A DNA stretch of 54,912 bases from an uncultured Thermotogae bacterium. GTDB lineage: Bacteria > Bipolaricaulota > Bipolaricaulia > M55B111. Numbering within the stretch: the stretch's first letter is position 1; every line of letters starts with the position of its first letter. The translations under genes were made by a program, and so were the position numbers. The stretch spans positions 1 through 54,912 of the forward strand of contig CAZTJJ010000006.1 of the NCBI GenBank assembly GCA_964614065.1, given 5' to 3'. A model generated the notes under the pieces. The model had not been told where the DNA came from, made no database searches, and saw only the letters and a list, made by a program, of their open reading frames with translations. Below are positions 1 to 10,670 of the stretch, in pieces.

Positions 1-59
1 GCCCAGGATATCGGGTTCTCATCCCGGCGACAGGGGTTCGAATCCCCTCGGGACTACCA
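1..59 (+). tRNA. 3' portion of tRNA-Glu (anticodon CUC), truncated by the window edge
   Basis: Anticodon loop TTCTCAT (U33, CTC, A37) closed by stem TCGGG/CCCGG. A 4-nt variable loop is followed by T-arm AGGGG-TTCGAAT-CCCCT, acceptor 3' strand, discriminator A and an encoded CCA ending at 59. Strong identity to E. coli tRNA-Glu from GCCCAGGA through CAGGGGTTCGAATCCCCT. Confidence 0.6.
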
Positions 60-187
60 GATCAGAGAAATTCGTCAACCACGCAATCTACCCGCCTCCA
101 AACCTGATTTAATTGGTCAGCGCGCCCTCCGAGGTTGAGAAGAACCAATTCCTATCGTAAAATTCCTGAGTTAAGAGGTGAGTATAA

Positions 188-2086
188 TTGAACGAGGACA
201 ATGGCTTCGAACCACAAGATTCACATAATGATAAAGACAATCGGGAAGACGATGAGAGGCAACAGTTCAACCTGCCCAACAACAATAATAACTTCCGCAA
301 TATAGCATTAATTATCGGGGCGGTTGTACTGTCCCTGATCCTTTTCCAAACATTGTTCAATACCCCTACTAACGAAACTGAGATAACGTATAGCCAATTC
401 CTACAGCAAGTTGAACAAGGAAGAATAGTGAAGATAACCATAAAAGGCGGATTGATACAGGGAACCTATGCCAGCGGTGGCAACTTTATTACTAGAGGCC
501 CTACAGATGCAACAAACTATCTGGCTCAATTGAAAGAACAGGGAGTGGAAATCAAGTTCGTAGAAGCTTCTGATGGAAACTGGTTCTTTTCACTGCTGGT
601 CTCTCTGTTACCAGTCCTCTTGATAATTGGATTATGGGTATTCATGATGCGAAGGATGCAAGGGAACAATGCACTGAATTTTGGCAAGAGCCAGGCTAAT
701 CTGGTAAACAAAGAATTTACGGACATATCCTTTGATGACTTTGCCGGGGTTGATGAAGTCAAGGAAGAAGTAAAGGAAATAGTTGAATACTTGCGCAATC
801 CCGAACGGTTTAAAAAATTGGGGGCTCAAGTACCAAAAGGGATGATCCTCGTAGGCCCACCGGGAACAGGAAAAACGCTGCTTTCCAAAGCAATTGCTGG
901 AGAAGCCGAAGTCCCTTTTTATCAAACAAGTGGATCAAACTTCGTCGAGATGTTTGTGGGAGTGGGTGCGTCCCGAGTCCGTAATATGTTCAAACAAGCC
1001 AAGGAAAACGCTCCCTCGATTATATTCATAGATGAAATAGACGCCATTGGCCGCAAGAGAGGCACGGGCCTGGGTGGAGGACATGACGAACGCGAACAAA
1101 CTTTGAACGAACTCCTTTCGGAGATGGACGGTTTTGAAGCCAACGAGGGTGTAATTATCCTCGCTGCAACAAACAGACCAGATGTCTTGGACCCCGCACT
1201 CCTCAGACCTGGAAGATTCGATCGTAAGATAACAGTTCCTGCACCCGACATAAAAGGCCGGGAGGAAATCCTAAAAGTCCATACAAAGAACAAAAAGGCC
1301 GCCGATGACGTAGACCTGTCAGTACTTGCCCGAAGGACCCCTGGTTTTGTGGGAGCGGATCTTGAAAACTTAGCCAACGAAGCCGCACTGTTAGCTGGAA
1401 GGCGGGGAAAGGAAGTTGTAGAGATGACCGATTTCGAAGAATCCATTGACAGGGTGCTTGCAGGGGTTCAAAGAAAAGGCATGGCAATTAGCGATGAAGA
1501 AAAGGAGAAAATCGCTTACCACGAGGGTGGGCACGCAATTATCGGTAAACTTTTACCTAACGCGGACCCAGTACACAAGATTTCGATAATTCCAAGAAGC
1601 AAAGGCGCCCTGGGATTTACTCTACAACTGCCATTAGAAGAGAAATTTTTGGTATCAAAATCTGAACTACTGGATAAGCTCACCACATTACTCGGCGGAA
1701 GAACCGCCGAGGAATTAATCTATAATGAAATCACCACCGGTGCTCAGGACGATTTCAAAAAGGCAACCGACATAGCAAAGCGCATGGTAATGCAGTATGG
1801 AATGAGCGATGAAGTTGGACCAATTAACCTGGGCAGAGAAAATGGTAACGTTTTCCTGGGAGAAGAAATAGTCAAGAGCAACGAACACTCGGAGGAAGTT
1901 TCCTCCTTAGTAGATAGAGAAATCCGCAACATGGTTGAAAGATGTCACAACAAAGCAAGGAAAATACTCGAGAACAACAGGCAGATATTAGATAATCTAA
2001 AGGAAGAATTATTAGAAAAAGAAGAATTAGAGGGAGACAAGCTTGACGAATTACTTGACCAGGCTGCCCTTCCAGCCAGTATATAA
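188..2086 (+). CDS. ftsH: ATP-dependent zinc metalloprotease FtsH
   Basis: AAA+ Walker [14 protein letters not shown] region, HEGGH zinc motif and an N-terminal TM segment. Probable TTG start with RBS AAGAGGTGA upstream. Confidence 0.95.
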   Translation: MNEDNGFEPQDSHNDKDNREDDERQQFNLPNNNNNFRNIALIIGAVVLSLILFQTLFNTPTNETEITYSQFLQQVEQGRIVKITIKGGLIQGTYASGGNFITRGPTDATNYLAQLKEQGVEIKFVEASDGNWFFSLLVSLLPVLLIIGLWVFMMRRMQGNNALNFGKSQANLVNKEFTDISFDDFAGVDEVKEEVKEIVEYLRNPERFKKLGAQVPKGMILVGPPGTGKTLLSKAIAGEAEVPFYQTSGSNFVEMFVGVGASRVRNMFKQAKENAPSIIFIDEIDAIGRKRGTGLGGGHDEREQTLNELLSEMDGFEANEGVIILAATNRPDVLDPALLRPGRFDRKITVPAPDIKGREEILKVHTKNKKAADDVDLSVLARRTPGFVGADLENLANEAALLAGRRGKEVVEMTDFEESIDRVLAGVQRKGMAISDEEKEKIAYHEGGHAIIGKLLPNADPVHKISIIPRSKGALGFTLQLPLEEKFLVSKSELLDKLTTLLGGRTAEELIYNEITTGAQDDFKKATDIAKRMVMQYGMSDEVGPINLGRENGNVFLGEEIVKSNEHSEEVSSLVDREIRNMVERCHNKARKILENNRQILDNLKEELLEKEELEGDKLDELLDQAALPASI

Positions 2087-2101
2087 CACAATCGATAACA
2101 T

Positions 2102-3289
2102 ATGACGACAAATATCACTATCCTTGGTTCCACGGGGTCTATCGGCACGCAAACTTTAGAAGTCATAGGAGATTTAAAATCAACCGGACAAGCCGAGTTT
2201 AACGTAAACGCGTTAACCTGTGGCCAGAATATTGAACTTCTCGCCCGGCAAATAGACGAGTTCCATCCCAAGGTAGTGGGAGTGAAGGACGAGAAGAAAA
2301 AGCGCGAAATCTCCAAACTTATCCCTAATTCAGTCAGAGTAGTATCCGGTCCCGGGGGACTGGTCGAAATAGCAAGCCTACCAGATACCCAGTTACTTGT
2401 GAACGCACTTGTGGGGTTTATCGGTCTAGAACCTACATTGACTGCCATAGAATCCGGCAAAAAGTTGTTACTTGCAAACAAAGAATCCCTGGTGGTTGGC
2501 GGGAAACTGGTAGACAGATCACTTGAAGAAAACCCTACAACGATCCTGCCTATAGACAGCGAGCACAATGCGATTTTTCAAGCCCTTCAAGCTGGAAAGC
2601 CAAAAGAAGTAACACGGCTTATTATTACCGCTTCCGGTGGTCCTTTCCGCGACACGCCGTTGGAAGAAATCGGCAGAGCCACCCCTGACCAGGCCCTTGA
2701 TCACCCTAACTGGAATATGGGACATAGAATCACGTGTGACTCCGCAACTATGGTAAACAAGGGGTTTGAGATTATCGAAGCTCATTGGTTGTTCGGCCTA
2801 GAGTATGAAAGAATAGACGCCGTCATTCATCCTCAATCTTTCGTGCATTCCCTGATAGAATACCAGGATGGATCCATTATAGCAGAGCTAGGGGAACCGG
2901 ACATGAAAGTTCCAATCCAGTATACTCTGACTTACCCCGATCGACTTGCAAATAACTATCATCGGACCAGCCTCATAGAGATCGCCGATCTTGAATTCCG
3001 TCAGCTAGATATAGAGAGGTACCCGGCATTTGAAGTGGTAGTTAGAGCGGGCAAACTGGGTGGCAACAGGCCAGCCGCAATTAATGGGGCCGACGAAGCA
3101 TTAATTGACCAATTTCTCCTAGAAAACATATCATTTGGGGACATTGCAACAGGGTTAAGATATGTATTAGATGAAGTAGAACCAATAGAAGACCCAACAC
3201 TTGAGGATTTAAGAAATACAGATAGTTGGGCTAGAAAAAAAGTGAAGTGTTTAGTGGCGGACAAAGCACTTGGTACCCAATCTAACTGA
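2102..3289 (+). CDS. dxr: 1-deoxy-D-xylulose 5-phosphate reductoisomerase
   Basis: N-terminal ILGSTGSIGTQTLEV NADPH-binding motif; length 395 aa is typical of Dxr. Confidence 0.95.
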   Translation: MTTNITILGSTGSIGTQTLEVIGDLKSTGQAEFNVNALTCGQNIELLARQIDEFHPKVVGVKDEKKKREISKLIPNSVRVVSGPGGLVEIASLPDTQLLVNALVGFIGLEPTLTAIESGKKLLLANKESLVVGGKLVDRSLEENPTTILPIDSEHNAIFQALQAGKPKEVTRLIITASGGPFRDTPLEEIGRATPDQALDHPNWNMGHRITCDSATMVNKGFEIIEAHWLFGLEYERIDAVIHPQSFVHSLIEYQDGSIIAELGEPDMKVPIQYTLTYPDRLANNYHRTSLIEIADLEFRQLDIERYPAFEVVVRAGKLGGNRPAAINGADEALIDQFLLENISFGDIATGLRYVLDEVEPIEDPTLEDLRNTDSWARKKVKCLVADKALGTQSN

Positions 3290-3292
3290 GGA

Positions 3293-3934
3293 GTGACAAT
3301 GGCGGAAAAATGTATCTACTGCGGCAATCGCCCTGGAACAAGAGAGTGTCCTGCTCTCGGCGGCCTAATCTGTAGCGTCTGTTGCGGCGAGCACCGGGGG
3401 GTCGAGATTAACTGTCCTCCGGATTGTCGGTACTTCCAGGAGGGAGAGAAATTCCAGCAAGAAAAACGCGCCGAACCATACCGTGATGCCTGGTTAAACA
3501 GAAATAGAGATCTATTTGAAGACGAAAACTACGACCTTCTTGAAACTTTGAGTATGATAGAAAAAGTTATTTACTTTGAGTATCGCAAGGACAATCTCCT
3601 AACAGATAAACAAATAATCAACGGCTTAATTGAACTAAAAAAACGCTTCAAACCAATTGAGATTCCAAGCAAGTCGCTAGATTTTACCGAGTTCGCCCAC
3701 GAGACTATCTCGCCATTAGTCGAAAAAGGTAGGATATCACCTGAGACCATCGTCAACGCTCTGGACAGATTTGAAGAGCTAGCCAATGAATTCTCCGACG
3801 GATCTCGAGGCCTGGTTCAGGGAGTGGTAGGAAGAGTAGAACAAGATTATGATGTTCCAAAGGAAGAAGGGCTCGAGGAAGCTCAAAACCGGGAATCTTT
3901 GATCATTACTCCGGATCAACTAAAAGATAACTAG
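3293..3934 (+). CDS. Hypothetical protein with an N-terminal 8-Cys zinc-ribbon-like domain
   Basis: C7, C10, C19, C27, C30, C31, C41 and C45 fall in the first 45 residues. Translationally coupled to dxr. The likely true start is the ATG at 3299, with RBS GAGGAG 7 nt upstream. Confidence 0.55.
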   Translation: MTMAEKCIYCGNRPGTRECPALGGLICSVCCGEHRGVEINCPPDCRYFQEGEKFQQEKRAEPYRDAWLNRNRDLFEDENYDLLETLSMIEKVIYFEYRKDNLLTDKQIINGLIELKKRFKPIEIPSKSLDFTEFAHETISPLVEKGRISPETIVNALDRFEELANEFSDGSRGLVQGVVGRVEQDYDVPKEEGLEEAQNRESLIITPDQLKDN

Positions 3935-3944
3935 TCAAGCCTTA

Positions 3945-5465
3945 TCAATCCCCCATTTGTACAAGCTCCTCTATAAGTGTATCTTTCAAACCTAGCACTA
4001 AACCTGCTGCAAGATAACTCAATAAACCCGCAAAAAGGGTAGTCAGGACAAACAAAAACTCACTTTGTAAAGGAAAGTAACCTTTGACCAAAGCCACTGT
4101 TAACCCCATAACTAAAACGGAACCAAAAACCTTGAAAGCAAAGGAGAAATCCGGTGAAAATCCTTTAAGCTTAGTTTTAACCTTGAAGGTCCACACTAAC
4201 AGTCCTCCATTAACTAAACCACTGACCCCTGTGGCCAGAGCAAGCCCGCCTACCTTCATGGGCCCAACAAGTAGTAAATCAAGCCCTACATTCACGCCTA
4301 CAGCAATAATTCCTATTATTACTGGTGTTTTTGTGTCCTCAATAGAATAAAAAGCTCTTGTAAATAGGGTTACAAAACTGTATCCCATCAGGCCCACTAA
4401 ATAAAGATGGAGAACATGGACAGTCCTTAAAGTATCAGAAGGCAGAAAATTCCTATGTTCAAATAGCAACTCGATTATAGGCTTGCCCAATAAGAACAAT
4501 CCCACCGTAGCAGGTACGATCACTAACAATGAGAACTTTACACCTCTGTTCAGCATCTCGGAAAAACCTTCACGGTTACCCTGAACCCACTTTTCGGACA
4601 AGCGGGGCAAAATCGCAGATGATATAGCAATGGCAAACAAACCAAGGGGTAGTTGAAATAACCTGTTAGCATACTGCAGCGCAGAAACCGATCCTGGTAT
4701 AAGATGTGAGGCCAACTTATTGTCGACCAAAACGTTCACTTGCATCGCAATCAAACCAATTACCACGGGAATCATCAATCTCAAAGCCCGTTTCATGCCG
4801 GGATGTAAGGGGAATAACTTCCACTGCCAGGCGAAACCATGTTTTTTCAAATAAGGCACTTGAAACAGCAACTGGCCGAGGCCACCGACAAGTACTCCAA
4901 CAGCTAGCCCGAAGATCGGTCGGGCAAAACAATTCCCAATCAGTAAAGCCCCTACAATGACACCAATATTAAAGAAGACGGGGGCAAAAGATGGAGCAAA
5001 AAACGATTTCCTGGATTTTAAAATCCCCATGACCAAAGCGGCTATACCAATAATACCAATAAATGGAAAGATAACTTGAGTTAATTCAATAGTTAACTTT
5101 TGCTGAGAGGGAGAAAAACCTGAGGCAAGAAACGGAATAAAATACGGTGCAAAAAAGATACCTATCGCTATAATAAATGGAAATGAAAAAAGGGCCAAGT
5201 TTAAGGCGTTCGACGCCATCCTTCTCGCTTCTTGCTTATTGGTTTGCAAATAGCCTGTGTAAACAGGAATAAACGATAAAGCAAGGGCACCTTCACCAAG
5301 TAAGCGTCGGAGGAAGTGGGGAATATAAAACGCAATTAAGTAGGCATCGTAGGCAGGCCCTGCACCGAACCTATCAGCAATCACTATGTCTCTGAACAAA
5401 CCAAATACTCGGGAAGCAGCAGTAGCGGCAGCGATAATTAAGACATCTCTGGCAAACCTTTTCAT
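3945..5465 (-). CDS. murJ: Lipid II flippase MurJ (MviN)
   Basis: N-terminus MKRFARDVLIIAAATAASRVFGLFRD is typical of MurJ; polytopic membrane protein of 506 aa. Confidence 0.9.
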   Translation of the reverse strand: MKRFARDVLIIAAATAASRVFGLFRDIVIADRFGAGPAYDAYLIAFYIPHFLRRLLGEGALALSFIPVYTGYLQTNKQEARRMASNALNLALFSFPFIIAIGIFFAPYFIPFLASGFSPSQQKLTIELTQVIFPFIGIIGIAALVMGILKSRKSFFAPSFAPVFFNIGVIVGALLIGNCFARPIFGLAVGVLVGGLGQLLFQVPYLKKHGFAWQWKLFPLHPGMKRALRLMIPVVIGLIAMQVNVLVDNKLASHLIPGSVSALQYANRLFQLPLGLFAIAISSAILPRLSEKWVQGNREGFSEMLNRGVKFSLLVIVPATVGLFLLGKPIIELLFEHRNFLPSDTLRTVHVLHLYLVGLMGYSFVTLFTRAFYSIEDTKTPVIIGIIAVGVNVGLDLLLVGPMKVGGLALATGVSGLVNGGLLVWTFKVKTKLKGFSPDFSFAFKVFGSVLVMGLTVALVKGYFPLQSEFLFVLTTLFAGLLSYLAAGLVLGLKDTLIEELVQMGD

Positions 5466-7171
5466 TAGGTTTGGGGGACCAGTACCAATCCTACTGGGAT
5501 ACGCCTATTTCCCCCGACTTTCTCGATGGATAGACCATCCCTGTAAGCCAAACCGGAAGAAGACCCTCCATCAAACGCAATAGCATTTTTGATATCAAGC
5601 CCCGACCTTTTCAGCAACTCAGGTAACTTTGGTAAAGAAATTCCAGCTCTAGAGATAACTATAAATAACAAATGACCTTGGGAAGTAGTCGCTAAAACAG
5701 TACGACTGGCCTTAGAAGTCACCAAACCGTCGGTCACGGTAAAGTTTTCCAAATTTAAATCCAGTATAGTTCTACCATCTTGTATTAGCAATGGTCCAGC
5801 GCTAACTGCTCCCCAGAGTAAGGGTACGTAGGGTTCCATCTCCCAATCAAATTCTGCTTCGTCACCTTCGCTAATACCGAATAATTTCGTCCGTTCTCTC
5901 CCCACACCAACTATTACAATCTGATCCCTACCAACGGAGTCCGGTGGCCGAATGGATCTAGAAACCACTCTTCCACCCTGCAATACCACCGAAATCACAG
6001 AACGTCCAGACACTCGAATAGACTTCCCATAGTGATGGGAATAGGCAACCAAATCATGTTCACTTAGCGGTCTATTAAAACCCTGAATTGGGATATTCGT
6101 GGCCTGAATTCTTAAAAACAAATCCACGTCTGGCCTGAAGAATTTTAGTCTACCAAAATAGTCGATGGCAATTGCCGCCCTATTTCCCCAATCACGAGAA
6201 AGCAATTCCCCGTTCTTAACTACTAGACCGATGGGTGTAAGGGAAGCGGGATCAAAGAAATTGGCGTTCAAGCCGGCAACACCTAAATTTCTGCTCACTA
6301 ATTTAGTTAACGTGTCTCGATACCCAACCTTATCGTTTGCAAGAACCGGCGTTAAACGGTAAGCATCCTGCCACTCGGTTATCTCCAGATAATGAATCGT
6401 ATGCCGTTGACCGTCTAGCCACTTCACCATGGTATTAAACGAAAAATTGACGGCCTGAGTAGGCTTTCCCTCAAGAGAGCCGACTTTTCCCTGATCAGAA
6501 AGAAAATCCAATAGAAACTGAAATCCAGACTCTCCTCGTTCAGTGACTACCCTGGTCCTTACATCGTCTCTGAGATCCAATTGAAGTATCAACTGATCTG
6601 GGCCCACGGAAGTCAACTCTACCTCGCTGAAATACGCTCCATCATCCTCAAGAGAATCGGCAAAGCTCCTAGCGTCAATTACGTTGTAAAATCTTATGGA
6701 CAAATCAAATTCATCTGACTGAGTCCGTGTAAAAGACGTAAATTGATCAAAGTTAAGTGACAATGAATCAGCACTCAAGGAGAGCCGGAGGAGCTGGCTT
6801 GGAGGAACCCGTATGTCCACGGATCCGTTGCTCCGGATTACCTTTCCCTCCAAGTTGCGAATCAGATCATGCAAATTGACGAAAACCTGATTGTCAACCT
6901 GTAAAAGCTCATCTTTAGGTAGGTAGAATGACTCTGTCTTGCCCCACTCTACGACGTATCCTCCTAATTTTCCAGGGTCAGCCATGGCCCCCACTACTCG
7001 GGAGGTTTCTTTTAGCGGAACTGCCAAGCCACCAGAAGTTTCAATTACATCTATATCTATCTCGTTTCCATTTAACAACACAACCGGGGGTCCGGCCGTA
7101 AACAAAAGGATAGCTACACCCGCAACAGCGAAAGCAGCTAAAACCAACGCTCTGGTCACATCAGAACTCAT
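5465..7171 (-). CDS. Phosphodiester glycosidase (NAGPA/DUF2233) family protein, membrane-anchored
   Basis: N-terminal signal anchor; C-terminal AFDGGSSSGL motif characteristic of the phosphodiester glycosidase domain. Confidence 0.7.
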   Translation of the reverse strand: MSSDVTRALVLAAFAVAGVAILLFTAGPPVVLLNGNEIDIDVIETSGGLAVPLKETSRVVGAMADPGKLGGYVVEWGKTESFYLPKDELLQVDNQVFVNLHDLIRNLEGKVIRSNGSVDIRVPPSQLLRLSLSADSLSLNFDQFTSFTRTQSDEFDLSIRFYNVIDARSFADSLEDDGAYFSEVELTSVGPDQLILQLDLRDDVRTRVVTERGESGFQFLLDFLSDQGKVGSLEGKPTQAVNFSFNTMVKWLDGQRHTIHYLEITEWQDAYRLTPVLANDKVGYRDTLTKLVSRNLGVAGLNANFFDPASLTPIGLVVKNGELLSRDWGNRAAIAIDYFGRLKFFRPDVDLFLRIQATNIPIQGFNRPLSEHDLVAYSHHYGKSIRVSGRSVISVVLQGGRVVSRSIRPPDSVGRDQIVIVGVGRERTKLFGISEGDEAEFDWEMEPYVPLLWGAVSAGPLLIQDGRTILDLNLENFTVTDGLVTSKASRTVLATTSQGHLLFIVISRAGISLPKLPELLKRSGLDIKNAIAFDGGSSSGLAYRDGLSIEKVGGNRRIPVGLVLVPQT

Positions 7172-7225
7172 TTGCTAGTCCAGTTATTTCACAAGAAGGT
7201 GGGACCTGCCTCCAGTGCAAAATAG

Positions 7226-7711
7226 TCATTCCTCTGTATCTTCCACTTCACCAGATTCTTCTTCCAGCTCTTCAACCACATTTACCCTGATATTCGCATG
7301 GATATCCTCATAGAGCCTAACTTCGACCCCAAACTGACCCAGCTCTTCTATAGGTTCATCAAGTTTGACGCTGCCAGGATCTAGGTCAACACCGGTTTCT
7401 TCTTCCAAAGCGGATACTATATCCCCTTTTCTCACCGATCCGTATAAGTGCTGTTCCTCTTGAGCTTTCCGGGTGAAAGTCACAACCAGTCCATCTAATT
7501 TGTCTGAAAGCTCCTGAGCTCTTTCCCGCCGCTCTTCTTTTTTCTTGCTAATTTCTTTTCTCACTTTTTGATATCTACGCCGATTGCCGACCGTAGGTTC
7601 GACTGCGAGGCCTTTTGGCAATAGGTAATTTCGTCCATATCCGTCTGCAACCTCGACAATTTCTCCCACTTCTCCTAAACTCTCTATGCCTTCTGTTAAA
7701 ATTACTTCCAC
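7226..7711 (-). CDS. rplI: 50S ribosomal protein L9
   Basis: MEVILTEGIESLGEVGEIVEVADGYGRNYLLPKGLA matches the L9 N-domain, followed by an acidic C-terminal tail. RBS AAAGAGGTG upstream. Confidence 0.9.
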   Translation of the reverse strand: MEVILTEGIESLGEVGEIVEVADGYGRNYLLPKGLAVEPTVGNRRRYQKVRKEISKKKEERRERAQELSDKLDGLVVTFTRKAQEEQHLYGSVRKGDIVSALEEETGVDLDPGSVKLDEPIEELGQFGVEVRLYEDIHANIRVNVVEELEEESGEVEDTEE

Positions 7712-8162
7712 TGCTTACACCTCTTTACGTATTAATTTTGAACCTAAAGATTTTCACAACTGTCAAAATTAACCTTGACCAGATAAAAACCGATCACCTA
7801 AGCAACCTGCCGGTACGTTGGCTGATCGAAAAGCTTAATTACTTAATCCGTGCGATTTACTCTCGCGCCTGTAATGTCTAAGTCCGAAGGCTAGGCTACT
7901 TCACCTACGTAACATCACTTATACACCTTACCAAGTGGGTTAAAACTAACTGGATAATCCAACTCCCATTCGCGACATCTACTCAGCACTCAACTCTGGC
8001 TTGCAAAATCTACCTACGGTTTACCTGACCGTTCTATCAACACAGTAGAACCGCTCAGATTAGATACTAATAGTACAGCTCAGGTACAATATGTTCAAGA
8101 TTGGCGAAGTAGGGAGAGAACCGGGTTGTAACTTTACACGGAGGAATAAACCTCCCATTGAC

Positions 8163-8168
8163 TATAAT
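8163..8168 (+). promoter_or_regulatory. Perfect TATAAT hexamer inside the ORF-free region upstream of folP (candidate -10)
   Basis: Seen directly in the sequence. No convincing -35 partner was found. Confidence 0.2.
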
Positions 8169-8351
8169 CCAGCATCCCTACCATACTAAATAAACTAAAC
8201 AATGACTGTGACGGTTGAAACAACCATCAGTTCAGCTGAAGATTAAACGTTTGAAATGCAACCACAAATAGATGGAAGTCAATTATCCCACCTCAAGGGG
8301 TGGAGCTTGTAGAAAAACATTGGAATAGAAGGCTGAATTTGAAAAAAGGGA

Positions 8352-8411
8352 ATTGACCCAGCCGATTCATCCCCAGGGCAAGCCCTGGGGGTTCTCAGCT
8401 ATTATTGGTAA
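8352..8411 (+). repeat. Intergenic modular element, copy A: ATTGACCCAGC, then 8-bp GC hairpin CCCCAGGG-CAAG-CCCTGGGG, then GTTCTCAGCTATTATTGGTAA
   Basis: The hairpin at 8371-8390 and the flanking module resemble the copies at 24439, 35421, 42355 and 53191. Oriented toward folP. Confidence 0.5.
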
Positions 8412-8442
8412 TATCTAATACCAAATCCGGGGAGGAGGAGAA

Positions 8443-9261
8443 ATGAGCATAATGGATAAAATCAGGACGAAAAAGGAAGTCTTAATTATGGGAATCGTCA
8501 ATGTGACACCTGATTCCTTCTCTGACGGAGGAGTCTTTGCTGAGCGTGAAGACGCCGTTTCACATGGATTAGAACTTGAACAACAGGGAGCAGACATCAT
8601 TGATATCGGTGGGGAATCCACCAGACCCGGGGCAGCGGAAGTCCTTCTGGAGGAAGAAATCAGTAGAACTATCCCAGTAATCAAGAGTATTAGAGAGAAG
8701 ACTGACGTCGCAATCTCTATCGACACGTACAAATCGGAAGTAGCGAAACAAGCACTGGATGCGGGAGCAAATTTAATTAACGACATCAGCGCACTCAGGT
8801 TTGATCCCAAGTTAGGCAACGTCGCGGCAAAAAACGAGGTCCCCATCGTATTGATGCATATGCAAGGTACTCCTCAAACAATGCAAAAGAATCCAAAATA
8901 CGAAGATATAATTAGCGACATAATCGCTTTTTTCAAGGAAAGGATTAACGTAGCAACTAAATCGGGGATCGACGCAGAAAACATCATAGTGGACCCCGGG
9001 ATCGGATTTGGAAAGCGAACTGAACACAACTACGAAATATTGAGACGGCTAAACGAATTCCACGTATTAAACAAACCAATTTTACTTGGAACTTCGCGGA
9101 AATCTTTTATCGGCGATATACTTGATCTACCAGCAACAGAAAGATTAGAAGGTACAATCGCTAGTAATGTTGTTGGGATTTTGAAGGGCGCCAATATACT
9201 GAGAGTGCACGACGTACAAGAAGTTTACCGGGCAACTCAAGTAGCAATAAGATGCAAATAG
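8443..9261 (+). CDS. folP: Dihydropteroate synthase
   Basis: Pterin-binding DHPS motifs (DTYKSEVAKQALDAGANLINDISAL); 272 aa; RBS GGAGGAGGAG. Confidence 0.9.
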   Translation: MSIMDKIRTKKEVLIMGIVNVTPDSFSDGGVFAEREDAVSHGLELEQQGADIIDIGGESTRPGAAEVLLEEEISRTIPVIKSIREKTDVAISIDTYKSEVAKQALDAGANLINDISALRFDPKLGNVAAKNEVPIVLMHMQGTPQTMQKNPKYEDIISDIIAFFKERINVATKSGIDAENIIVDPGIGFGKRTEHNYEILRRLNEFHVLNKPILLGTSRKSFIGDILDLPATERLEGTIASNVVGILKGANILRVHDVQEVYRATQVAIRCK

Positions 9262-9404
9262 ACGGCTATTTGAACTTAATATGCGGTATACTTATAATGG
9301 AAACCTAAAAAACTGCAAAACTTACTCACGACACAAGCCGATCAAGAGAAGAACTATCTTCCGGACTCAATTACAAATCAAATATCTGGAAACGCTCTAT
9401 CAGA

Positions 9405-10670
9405 CTACCCATCCAACCTATCTTTGATCTCAGACTTATAGTTATCCAGGGAGACGTTCACCTGTTCACCGGTAACCATATCCCTCAGCGTTAACTCGTT
9501 CTGTTCGACCTCCCTAGGCCCGAGTATGGCTGTGTACGTTGCATCGTACCTGTCCGCGTAGCCTAGCTGGCCCTGAAGACTCTTATCCAAGTAATCTAGC
9601 TCAGTTGTAATATTTAGCTCTCTCAGTTCACGCTGAAGGCTCACCGCTATGCGCTTTGCCTGCTCATCAATAGTGGCTAGGTATAGGTCCAGTCCCTCCG
9701 GAGAATATTTTGACTCATTAAGTTGTTGTAATAATAGAACCAAGCGCTCAATTCCGCCCGCGAAACCCACTGCCGGTGTTGGATCACCACCGAAAAGTTC
9801 AACAAGTTCATCGTAACGACCGCCACCAACCAAAGCGTCCTGAGCTCCCAGATCACTAGAAAATACCTCGTAGACAGTCTTCGTATAATAGTCCAACCCT
9901 CTTACCAGGTTCGGGTTAATGTTGTACTCAAGGTCGAATTCGTCCAGATAAGATTTTACCCGGTCAAAGTGAGATCGACATTCAGAACAAAGATAATCCG
10001 TAATAATGGGACCACCCTGCACTACCTTCTGGCAGGTCTCGTTCTTACAATCAAGTATCCGTAAAGGATTTGTTTTCAATCTGGTTTGACAGTCGACACA
10101 TAACTTGTCTTCTCGAGGTTCTAAATATTCAGCTAACTCCTCCAAATAGTTCTCTCTGTCCGAAGGACAACCAATACTATTGATTGTTAACCCTATATCT
10201 TCCAGGCCCAGAGATTTCAACAAATCAACCGATAAAGCAATTAACTCAGCATCCAGAGCCGGGTCATCGGAACCAATAGCTTCAGCGCCGTATTGGTGAA
10301 ACTGCCTTGACCTCCCTTTCTGTGGCGACTCATATCGAAACATAGGGCCAAGGTAATACCACTTTGATAGCTCCTCTTTTCCGTAGACTTTGTGTTCCAG
10401 GAATGCCCTAACAACCGAGGCAGTATTCTCGGGGCGCAAGGTCATTGAGCGTCCACCTTTATCGTCAAAGGTATACATCTCTTTGGAGACCACATCCGTC
10501 TCTTCACCAACCCCACGAGCGAACACTTCAGTCTTTTCCATTATTGGCGTCCTAATTTCCCGGTAATTGTAAACAGACATAATTGATCTGACTTGTTGCT
10601 CGACAGCGTGCCAATAAGGTATTTCTTCAGGTAAAATATCGTTCAAACCTTTTGGAGCGTAATACTTCAT
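9405..10670 (-). CDS. hisS: Histidine--tRNA ligase
   Basis: Class II aaRS motifs; 421 aa. Overlaps the ribH stop by 4 nt, so co-transcribed with the rib genes. Confidence 0.95.
   Translation of the reverse strand: MKYYAPKGLNDILPEEIPYWHAVEQQVRSIMSVYNYREIRTPIMEKTEVFARGVGEETDVVSKEMYTFDDKGGRSMTLRPENTASVVRAFLEHKVYGKEELSKWYYLGPMFRYESPQKGRSRQFHQYGAEAIGSDDPALDAELIALSVDLLKSLGLEDIGLTINSIGCPSDRENYLEELAEYLEPREDKLCVDCQTRLKTNPLRILDCKNETCQKVVQGGPIITDYLCSECRSHFDRVKSYLDEFDLEYNINPNLVRGLDYYTKTVYEVFSSDLGAQDALVGGGRYDELVELFGGDPTPAVGFAGGIERLVLLLQQLNESKYSPEGLDLYLATIDEQAKRIAVSLQRELRELNITTELDYLDKSLQGQLGYADRYDATYTAILGPREVEQNELTLRDMVTGEQVNVSLDNYKSEIKDRLDG

Noticed and set aside
1-59. The 3' tRNA-like fragment could be the 3' end of tmRNA (ssrA).
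   Set aside because: The acceptor 3' strand gives A70 rather than U70, so there is no G3·U70 alanine identity pair. The anticodon loop UUCUCAU and the strong identity to tRNA-Glu argue for an ordinary tRNA-Glu(CUC).
7712-8442. Chromosomal origin (oriC) in the AT-rich ORF-free region.
   Set aside because: Only one or two imperfect DnaA-box-like strings (TTATCCCAC, TGGATAATC), no cluster, and no dnaA/dnaN nearby.
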